Positions 54,401-64,000 of a stretch of DNA of 64,000 nt are shown in pieces. Each line of letters opens with the position of its first letter. Positions within the stretch are counted from its first letter, which is position 1. The position numbers were made by a program, and so were the translations under genes. The stretch comes from Owenia fusiformis (Eukaryota). The stretch covers positions 25,668,001 through 25,732,000 of the forward strand of contig CAIIXF020000001.1 of the NCBI GenBank assembly GCA_903813345.2. Reading direction: 5' to 3'. The notes beneath the pieces were generated by a model. That model saw nothing but the letters and a program-made list of their open reading frames with translations, had not been told where the DNA came from and searched no databases.

Positions 54401-56185
54401 AGTGTTGGTTGAATCTGTCTGAAACTCGAATGGCATACTATTGGATGACCCTGTCAATGTACACATTGTGATTAAACATGAAAATGTTGGTTGTCATACG
54501 AATAAGCCAAGGTTAAATCGAAGCTATTATTGGAGAAAACTTGTCACTGAATTCAAATATGCTATTAAAATTAAAGAAAAGTAGGTCATGGGAGGTAAAA
54601 AGTGCAAATCCCTTAAAATCTCATGACAAAACGCTACTTAGAAACTCCTCTATTCAACCAGAAACTATATCAAGACTACCTATTTGTAATGGAAATGTGT
54701 ATGGGGTGTTAGTAGGTTTATTAACGACTGCAGAGCCTTTTACTTAGACCACCACTCGAACAGTATCATATTAGTCCCTGATCTGATTTTCTAAAGGGCT
54801 CTAGAAAAGAGTTTGAGTTTGTTATCCGGTATTTTCCCACATAAAGTTATTGTAACGTTTGAAAGAACAGATTTCCCTTGTATAGAAAACACCTCTTAAT
54901 AGGGGCAAAAGGCACTAAAATGGGGTGACACAAGGTGACATGCTGAAGACCAAATTTTACGATTTTTTTGTTTTATGCCACGTATATAGGTTATTTACTG
55001 GGAGGGATTGAATAAAACCCATATTCAATACCGACCAGAAATAACCTATTTATTCCATAATACATCCCTCTAAAATGTTACATTTGAATAATGCAAACAT
55101 TATATTAATATATGCACATTGTTTGCGCTCCCTCGGTCAATATCATATTGCCAAAGGTCAATATAATATTTTCCGAGGAATAAAACCCATATTCATTTTA
55201 TTTTATCAATTAGTCAAGGTTAAAAATAACCGGGAAACCAAAAATAGGTTAATACGATTTTTCCCGGGGACAATACGATTTTTTCATGTAATACGCTCCA
55301 ATACGATTTTTCCGGGAACAATACGATTTGTTCATGTAATACGATTCAATACGATTTGTATTCCTCCATATTTCCCGGATATATGTTTTTTCTTCATGAG
55401 GGAAGTCTATTCTATCAAACGGTAGTTACGGTACAATCATTTTTTGTGGGAAAGTACCAGACAACGAAACTTCTTTTCAGAGGGACCAGATCAGGGACTA
55501 TATAAATTGCATAGTTTCTGAATAGCTGAATAACCTGACATAATAGATGTCACCCTTGTTTGTCTTTGATTTTCTTGTGCTAGACCTCCATTCACGCCAA
55601 TGCTAGCAACCTGCAATGGTCACTTGATTTCATGATTTATCAAAAAGTGTTGGTTGAATCTGTCTGAAACTCGAATGGCATACTATTGGATGACCCTGTC
55701 AATGTACACATTGTGATTAAACATGAAAATGTTGGTTGTCATACGAATAAGCCAAGGTTAAATCGAAGCTATTATTGGAGAAAACTTGTCACTGAATTCA
55801 AATATGCTATTAAAATTAAAGAAAAGTAGGTCATGGGAGGTAAAAAGTGCAAATCCCTTAAAATCTCATGACAAAACGCTACTTAGAAACTCCTCTATTC
55901 AACCAGAAACTATACTTAAACAAGGTAAATGTTCATGCGTTGTTATGTTTACTTTTGTAAACAATGCATTTCTTGTAACTATAAAATGGATATGGTGTAT
56001 TCTGATTGTTCAGAAAGTATTATATAGATGCCTGGCTATAGAATAAGAATAAACAACTCAGTATGATTGTCAGAATACATGGAACTTTAATTCTAAAATG
56101 TGTTATCCTTCAGGTGACGTATGTAACAATGAACAAGCAGGCACCACCCGTGTTCTACCAGTGTGCAGACTTTGGTGTATACTAA
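51464..56185 (+). CDS. Small secreted histidine-brace (LPMO-like/X325-like) protein; exons 51464-51569, 51899-51968, 52523-52586, 52762-52880, 53276-53300, 56114-56185; 151 aa
   Basis: Six GT-AG exons splice into one 456-nt ORF: MKVLIVFACLLVATSA/HLCLLSPRQRGSMMGINKPGATDCILLKGPCGERTGMPTTGVKAGTNFTVLIQKNLDHWDKATPGYFTVSWGLSETSMTMIAKVQDNGEPSLYIYEVEVTAPKSLNDHYIMQVTYVTMNKQAPPVFYQCADFGVY*. The gene structure is well supported; the family assignment is motif-based inference. Confidence 0.85.
53422..55914. repeat. Near-perfect 1245-bp tandem duplication inside intron 5 of the His-brace gene; each copy holds a TIR element (53527-54255, TAGTCCCTGATCTG ends)
   Basis: Identical ORFs at 53830 and 55075 (offset 1245); only one mismatch noticed by eye (CTACCTG/ATTTG). 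Confidence 0.92.
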
Positions 56186-56431
56186 AGATTCAAACAGTAT
56201 ATTCCATTTCACAGAGCGAAGGGATTATGTTACCCAAATATTAATGTTGCAGAGTTCGTGCGAGTAGTAACATTTAACAATATAGATATTTCTTCAATTT
56301 CATGGGACTTAGTTGTAACCCATAGTTTCACACAACTTTGTAAAGTTCGGATCAGGGCCTAGATTATGTTTGTTGTTTGAAAAAATAGCTCATATATTCA
56401 ATGGTTCAACCTCTTGATATCAAACATGGTG

Positions 56432-56626
56432 ACTTAGCTTGTATTCGCGAATGCAACTGTATACGCCTGTCGGCTACTTGATTAAGATATTACTTTATGG
56501 GTAACTCATTTAAATATGAATAGAACCTACCAATATTCCATTCATATTTAAATGAGTTTGTCATAAAATAGTAGATTAATCCGGTAGCCGACCGGCCTTA
56601 GTTGAATTCGCGAATACCATGGTTAG
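56432..56626. mobile_element. ~190-bp palindromic MITE downstream of the His-brace gene stop
   Basis: GTATTCGCGAATGCAACT..GTCGGCTAC..CTCATTTAAATATGAAT is mirrored by ATTCATATTTAAATGAG..GTAGCCGAC..AGTTGAATTCGCGAATAC. Confidence 0.7.
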
Positions 56627-56859
56627 TTCATATGTTTACGATATAATAAGATACCTAATAATGATTAGAGAGGGTTCGATAATGTTCAAACTTACTGCAT
56701 TGAACCCCAAGACTACAGTTTATATGGTTGTATGATGTATAAATAAACTTGTAATTATCATCCTTGTATTGATTTTTAAGAGTAATGTTTTTAAATCACT
56801 TTTGTTCATTTTCCTGAAATTTCTTACTTTTTTAAAACTACAAGCAGGAATAAAAGAGA

Positions 56860-58590
56860 ATGCCCCCAAGCAGACCGAAAGGCGGGGAAGGATGATCTGC
56901 ACATGACGGATGAAAACGATAACGACCAAAGCAATGACATATGGATTATGAACGAATAGGACTCGGAATAATGACTTCGACGCAATTGAGACAAGAAGAC
57001 GTTGCGGGTGTTGTGGAGACACTTTTAAGAATGAACGAGGAGTAAAGATCCACCAAGGAAAGACTCGGTGTGGGGAGAATACGCCAATACAGCGTAAGGC
57101 AGTGGGAACAGATGAGGTGATAGCCAAAGATGTGAACACTACTCATTATCCGAAGAAGGTCTGCAGCCAGGAGACACACCACAGAGCTACCAACCTTCTA
57201 GTTAAAGCCAATCCTACAACAGAGGGAATGTTGGATCAAAGTAAAGACCTCATTCAGGAAAGAAAGCCAATACTCAACCTACCAGCAGCAACACACAAGC
57301 GATGGGCAGAACTTGACAGAGAACCTGAGACGAGACTATCCTAAATAACACCCCGAGAGGAAACTCAAGGAGGAAACTTGAAGCCATAACCAGTACCAAT
57401 ATGAGGTATGCGAGGAGAATTTTGGGACAAAGGGTGCAGGGGGGAAACAACAGCAACCTACTGGGCCAAGTAGACGTCAGAAAGAGATAGCTTCTCTTAG
57501 GCAGGAAAATCACAACCTTCAGCGACAATGGAAGTCTACTTCACTACCCAGCGAGAGAGATGGCATCAGACAACTCCAGCATATTTTCCACCAACGGCTA
57601 GTGAGGAAATCAGAAAATATCAGGAAGAGAAGACGAGACTAGGGACTAGGCCACTATAGTCCCGAACAACTAACAGAGAAGACAAAAATGGCAAAGATCA
57701 CCAGAGAAATTCGGAACCAGGAAGAAGACCAACTGGTGAAGGATGTAGGCTTAGCCAAGCAAGGAGTCTGGAACAACTGGGAACCAGCCATCAAGCGCTC
57801 TGTAAAGTGGAAGGATCTCTGGCCCATGGGCAAAGGGAGACTCAGTTTCTTGCTGAGAGCCTTATCAGACCTACTGCCAACTCCATCCAACCTCAGAGCA
57901 TGGGGCTAGGAGGAAACAGCCAACTGCCCTCTGAGTGACAATTTCAACTGTACACTGAACAAACTGAAAATACTAAGTGGATGTCCAAAAGCTCTTGGAG
58001 AAGGACGATACAGGTGGCGGCATGACAAGGTACTCCAAGAAATAGGAATATAGACGGACCAGCAGAGACTTGCCATGAATACAAATAAGCCCAGTGAAAG
58101 ACCAAGACTGATAAAGTTTGTCAAATAAGGAAATTCTGTTCAGCACAAACCAACACAGCCTTCCTTCATGTCTAACATCTTTTCCAAAGCCAATAATTGT
58201 ACTTTGAAATTGAATCTATTCTATATTAACGTATCTTCCAGCAGGATATAGTTGTCAGAGGTTGGCATTCTGTCCAGTACCCCATAGAGGTAGACTGTAG
58301 AGGTTTTTCAGCTTCTTCTCTTCGCTACTTCCTCTCTCAAATAGGATTGCCATCAACGCAGCTTAAGTCAGCAATCAAAGCAGTTGGTATGATAGCAGAG
58401 TCCAGCTCAAGGTAGATTTGGCTCAAGAGGAAAGACTGGTGGTCTCCTTCATCAAGTGATGGTTAAGATCAACCATTACTGCCCCCACTCAGTGGAAGCA
58501 TACAGGTTAATGGGCGAAATGCTGTGGGTACTGTGAGACCTGCTGATGATGCAGTGAAGGACTCCCACTTGTTTCCCTCAGACACTAAAC
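56860..58590 (+). mobile_element. Decayed HERO-like (RLE-type) non-LTR retrotransposon, RT core deleted
   Basis: N-terminal zinc finger CGCCGDTFKNERGVKIHQGKTRC at about 57000-57070; C-terminal KQGVWNNWE..WKDLW..RLSFLLRALSDLLPTPSNLRAWG, CPL..LSGCPKALGEGRYRWRHDKVL and PIEVDCRGF motifs; many stops and frameshifts. Boundaries are approximate. Confidence 0.8.
58483..58553 (+). ncRNA. Hammerhead ribozyme-like motif, non-circularly permuted, in the retroelement 3' UTR
   Basis: AGCAU-A-CAGGU (58497-58507), GC-GAAA-UGCU (58514-58523), ACCUG-CUGAUGA-U-GC (58538-58552): stem III 5 bp, stem I 5-6 bp, stem II 2 bp, core nucleotides intact. Confidence 0.65.
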
Positions 58591-58717
58591 ACTTTTTGCG
58601 TATCCGTGTTACAATTGTAGTGATGCATCGCTGTTTATAAGAAAAAAAGTCAAAGCAAGAGAGTCCGTTATATTTCATGTATTTCAGCTTAATTTGCTAG
58701 ATTATTGTTCAATTTTG

Positions 58718-60573
58718 CTAATCGCAGGATTTACAATATCCAAACAATTTGGTTCTTGCACCTCTTAGAAGACCTGTTTTTACGTGACAAGAGCCAGATA
58801 TACAGCCTGAATTCGATGAACAATGTCCATGACACACTGGGGGGGCACATTCTGCTAAATGACACCGTCCAGTAGAACAGTCCCTGTCCTCTTTGCATTT
58901 TACGCATTTCCCATAGGAGCATTTTTGACTGTCTGGACAGTGGTCCTCATTGTAACATTGGACGCACCAGTTATGAGCATCAGCTTTGGAACAAACACCG
59001 TCGCCACAATCCTTGTCTGAGTCGCACTCTTCACATCTGTTGTCACTCGCACATACCTAAAATTTAAAAAAGCTAAATACTTCTTCATGGCAAATTACTT
59101 CGGCTAAAAGCACGAACAAGATTTACTCACCATTCCCGCTTTACAGTGGCCATTCTGTTTACAATCCACGCAACTGTTATTCATGCAGTAGGTCTTTGTT
59201 GGAAAATTAGCAAATGTTTTATACCGAAATGGACAATCTTCGTCGACTCGACACGCTCTGCATACCTGATCTATACAGGTAGAACTTTTGCAATGCTGAA
59301 ACGAAACAAATATTGGATCTATCGGCATACATTTCCTATAACTTTCATTCTGCATCGATATTTGGTTGAGAACGGCACCAAGAATCGTTGCCTTTTTGCT
59401 TCATCACTGGTCCCCACCTGGACGTCTTTATAACAAAATGGATGAACTTCCGTTGGAGGAAATCTTTGTTTATATCATTTTCACCAAGAAGGAGGTCGAT
59501 TCGTATCCAAATATTTTGATGTTAATAGTAACATCCAGCTACCGAAAACCGAATCAGCCACGAGTATGTACATCCAAGGGCTCTAATAATTGAGTGAGAA
59601 ACCCCTATAACGTTGGCAACCAAAACGTTAACACAACACTACCAAGACGTTGTGAGATTCACCAGATAACGTCCTGATTGCTGCTGGAGCTGCTGGATAT
59701 ATTTGGTCGTAGCTGACTAACTTTTCAAAAACACTAGGATCAGAATAGTACTATTAACATATGGGTAAAATTTGGATACAAATCAACCTTTTTGGCACAA
59801 TACAACTCACATGGAACATACATGGGTGTATGTATTGACAATTAATGTTTGGTAATAGCCAGTACAGAGACATATAAAACAGAGACTCCTATTAAGAGTA
59901 TGTGCCAGGGACGGCTGACAGATTACAATTTTGAATCAAAAAATTGAATTAGATTTTTGAGGGTCTCAATAACTCGGTGATATAATCACATCCAATGTGC
60001 TTTATACAGACCCAAAAATCAATGCTTGCTATAAATGTAGTAGTATCTGTTTTCGTTCGGGGGATATATCTTTTCTCACTGTGAAAGGCTTACAGTGTAA
60101 GCCAACCGCTTGATCTGAAAGGATGCAAGGATTCGATTGGCTTTGATTTGATATATAATTTGAGCTTCGTCAATTTAACATGTATCTCAATGGAGAAAAA
60201 GTAAACTGTTCCTTAAAATGATGAAATTATGTAAAAATGTCCTCCCGGACGATTAAAGTTCATCCAATTTGTTATGAAGACCAGATTGGGCCCAGTATTT
60301 ATTCAATTTTTTCAACAATACTGAAGTACTCCCTAGACTCATTATGCGATCGTATGTTTTATATTACGAATGAAAGCGATATATACGAGTACTATATATA
60401 TTATGAAATTTAACTTCATTAAAATGATGAAATCAAATTTACCTTGTCCAATTTGCAGGGCTGTCCGTCGTATTTAGTCGATCGACAAAGGTTTCTTTTG
60501 CTACAATATTGGCCTCCGAGACAAGTCTCATTTTTACAGAAAAAGGTCGATCCTCGTCTAATTAATTGTCCTT
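58718..60573 (-). CDS. Secreted cysteine-rich repeat protein, paralogue C; exons 60443-60573, 59131-59295, 58718-59056; 5' exon(s) unresolved (about 60660-60900)
   Basis: Same exon phases and the same 5+9+20 Cys as paralogue A (FFCKNETCLGGQYCSKRNLCRSTKYDGQPC; HNWCVQCYNEDHCP; CSSNSGCISGSC). Confidence 0.82.
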
Positions 60574-61290
60574 CTACATCGTTAATGTTCAGATCATAAG
60601 TTAGAATGGGAATAAAAAATGCAAAAAGATAAAGGAATATGAATCGATACTGAACCAAATATAATACCGATCCAATTCATAAAATGGCCATATCTGTAAA
60701 TTACCTGAACGTCCCAAACCAACAAATGGTAATATGGTAACACTTACCGTCTTGCAACACTTACAAGCTTTGAAGTTTGCATCGAATTGGAAAAACAGCA
60801 AAAACCGGTCATAATTAGAAGCAATGATTTGACAAAAAAATAAGTCGTAGTGTTCTTCACCAAAAATTTAGGAACATCACAATCAAAAACCAAGAGACCA
60901 TGATATATTTCACGTTTCGGAAGACATTACAATACTTGTTTTGACATAATGAAAAAAAGAATACCAACACTCTGACATTAAAAATAGTTGTGAATACTAC
61001 AGAAGTACAAAATAAGCATTTGGTATGGAGAAGACTAGATCCTCAATATATACTTTACAAATCTGAATATTAGTTGGCGCCTATGACATTCCAAAGTATA
61101 TCAGTTTGTCAAGTGAAAATCCGATAATATATTATTTGATGGAATATGTTTTAAAGAAAATCCAAATTTGAGTTTGAAAACTTACTTGAATCTGTACTGA
61201 ACACTGACATGAACATCAATATAAAGACTTGGTGTAGCATTGCCTCAACCCTCTGGGTAAATTGTCAAAGCCAATGATCCACTAAAACAA

Positions 61291-64000
61291 AAAAATGGAA
61301 GTAACATGTGGCACACAAAACATCGTTCTGCGTTTATTCTCATCGTTCCGAAAATGGAAGTAACACGTGGCACACAAAACATCGTTCTGCATTTATTCTC
61401 ATCGTTCCAAAAATGGAAGTAACATGTGGCACACAAAACATCGTTCTGCATTTATTCTCATCGTTCCAAAAATGGAAGTAACATGTGGCACATAAAACAT
61501 CGTTCTGCATTTATTCTCATCGTTCCAAAAATGGAAGTAACATGTGGCACACAAAACACCGTTCTGCATTTATTCTCATCGTTCCAAAAATGAAAGTAAC
61601 ATGTGGCACACAAAACATCGTTCTGCATTTATTCTCATCGTTCCAAAAATGGAAGTAACATGTGGCACACAAAACATCGTTCTGCATTTATTCTCATCGT
61701 TCCAAAAATGGAAGTAACATGCGGCACACAAAACATCGTTCTGAATTTATTCTCATCGTTCCAAAAATGGAAGTAACATGCGGCACACAAAACATCGTTC
61801 TGAATTTATTCTCATCGTTCCAAAAATGGAAGTAACATGTGGCAAACAAAACATCGTTCTGCATTTATTCTCATCGTTCCAAAAATGGAAGTTACATGTG
61901 GCAAACAAAACATCGTTTGCATTTATTCTCATCGTTCCAAAAATGGAAGTAACATGCGGCAAACAAAACATCGTACTGCATTTATTCTCATCGTTCCAAA
62001 AATGGAAGTAACACGTGGCACACAAAACATCGTTCTGCATTTATTCTCATCGTTCCAAAAATGGAAGTAACATGTGGCACACAAAACATCGTTCTGCATT
62101 TATTCTCATCGTTCCAAAAATGGAAGTAACATGTGGCACACAAAACATCGTTCTGAATTTACTCTCATCGTTCCAAAAATGGAAGTAACATGTGGCAAAC
62201 AAAACATCGTTCTGCATTTATTCTCATCGTTCCAAAAATGGAAGTTACATGTGGCAAACAAAACATCGTTTGCATTTATTCTCATCGTTCCAAAAATGGA
62301 AGTAACATGTGGCACACAAAACATCGTTCTGCATTTATTCTCACCGTTCCAAAAATGGAAGTTACATGTGGCAAACAAAACATCGTTTGCATTTATTCTC
62401 ATCGTTCAAAAAATGGAAGTAACATGTGGCACACAAAACATCGTTCTGCATTTATTCTCATCGTTCCAAAAATGGAAGTAACATGTGACACACAAAACAT
62501 CGTTCTGCATTTATTCTCATCGTTCCAAAAATGGAAGTAACATGCAGCACACAAAACATCGTTCTGAATTTATTCTCATCGTTCCAAAAATGGAAGTAAC
62601 ATGTGGCAAACAAAACATCGTTCTGCATTTATTCTCATCGTTCCAAAAATGGAAGTAACATGTGGCACACAAAACATCGTTCTGCATTTATTCTCATCGT
62701 TCCAAAAATGGAAGTAACATGCGGCACACAAAATATCGTTCTGAATTTATTCTCATCGTTCCAAAAATGGAAGTAACATGTGGCAAACAAAACATCGTTC
62801 TGTATTTATTCTCATCGTTCCAAAAATGGAAGTAACATGTGGCACACAAAACATCGTTCTGCATTTATTCTCATCGTTCCAAAAATGGAAGTAACATGTG
62901 GCACACAAAAAAACATCGTTCTGCATTTATTCTCATCGTTCCAAAAATGGAAGTAACATGTGGCACACAAAACATCGTTCTGCATTTATTCTCATCGTTC
63001 CAAAAATGGAAGTAACATGTGGCACACAAAACATCGTTCTGAATTTATTCTCATCGTTCCAAAAATGGAAGTAACATGTGGCACACAAAACATCGTTCTG
63101 CATTTATTCTCATCGTTCCAAAAATGGAAGTAACATGCGGCACACAAAACATCGTTCTGAATTTATTCTCATCGTTCCAAAAATGGAAGTAACATGTGGC
63201 AAACAAAACATCGTTCTGCATTTATTCTCATCGTTCCAAAAATGGAAGTAACATGTGGCACACAAAACATCGTTCTGCATTTATTCTCATCGTTCCAAAA
63301 ATGGAAGTAACATGTGGCACACAAAAAAAACATCGTTCTGCATTTATTCTCATCGTTCCAAAAATGGAAGTAACATGTGGCACACAAAACATCGTTCTGC
63401 ATTTATTCTCATCGTTCCAAAAATGGAAGTAACATGTGGCACACAAAACATCGTTCTGCATTTATTCTCATCGTTCCAAAAATGGAAGTAACATGTGGCA
63501 CACAAAACATCGTTCTGCATTTATTCTCATCGTTCCAAAAATGGAAGTAACATGTGGCACACAAAAAAAAACATCGTTCTGCATTTATTCTCATCGTTCC
63601 AAAAATGGAAGTAACATGTGGCACACAAAACATCGTTCTGCATTTATTCTCATCGTTCCAAAAATGGAAGTAACATGTGGCACACAAAACATCGTTCTGC
63701 ATTTATTCTCATCGTTCCAAAAATGGAAGTAACATGTGGCACACAAAAAAAACATCGTTCTGCATTTATTCTCATCGTTCCAAAAATGGAAGTAACATGT
63801 GGCACACAAAACATCGTTCTGCATTTATTCTCATCGTTCCAAAAATGGAAGTAACATGTGGCACATAAAACATCGTTCTGCATTTATTCTCATCGTTCCA
63901 AAAATGGAAGTAACATGTGGCACACAAAACACCGTTCTGCATTTATTCTCATCGTTCCAAAAATGGAAGTAACATGTGGCACACAAAACATCGTTCTGCA
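61291..64000. repeat. 59-bp satellite array (about 46 units), continuing beyond the window
   Basis: Unit AAAAATGGAAGTAACATGTGGCACACAAAACATCGTTCTGCATTTATTCTCATCGTTCC, highly homogeneous. Confidence 0.97.

Noticed and set aside
53830-55425. Duplicated 116-aa ORFs as a gene pair
   Set aside because: They lie in TE-derived sequence with AATACGATTT subrepeats inside an intronic tandem duplication; no protein features.
60657-60691. In-frame TGA upstream of paralogue C read as selenocysteine
   Set aside because: It would fall in a signal-peptide position, no SECIS was identified, and a phase-1 acceptor at 60573 explains the exon without readthrough.
61291-64000. CRISPR-like array, or repetitive proteins suggested by the many ORFs in the 59-bp repeat
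   Set aside because: No unique spacers and no cas genes, in a eukaryotic context; the ORFs are by-products of the satellite in several frames.

Overview
AT-rich, intron-rich animal genomic DNA, probably a lophotrochozoan or similar marine invertebrate (inferred from gene and repeat content); it is not prokaryotic. Exons were reconstructed by hand from GT-AG sites and reading-frame phase. (1) 1-35.9 kb, minus strand: a KIAA0319/KIAA0319L (AAVR)-like gene with signal peptide, MANSC-like domain, two EGF-like exons, Ser/Thr-rich stalk and five PKD domains; it runs off the left edge and has two 133-nt mutually exclusive exons for the first half of PKD4. (2) Head-to-head with it, a two-exon PTRHD1 gene. 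(3) Three minus-strand paralogues of an unrecognised secreted cysteine-rich protein with a 34-Cys framework. (4) Between two of these, a six-exon plus-strand gene that the ORF track does not recover, encoding a 151-aa secreted protein with signal peptide then His1, a second His in NLDHW and a C-terminal FYQCAD, i.e. a very small histidine-brace, LPMO-like copper-protein candidate. (5) A decayed HERO-like RLE non-LTR retrotransposon whose 3' end retains a hammerhead ribozyme core in non-circularly permuted order. The rest comprises a D34D mariner remnant, many MITE/foldback elements, five Helentron (HINE/DINE-1)-like elements, a 1245-bp tandem duplication and a 59-bp satellite running off the right edge.
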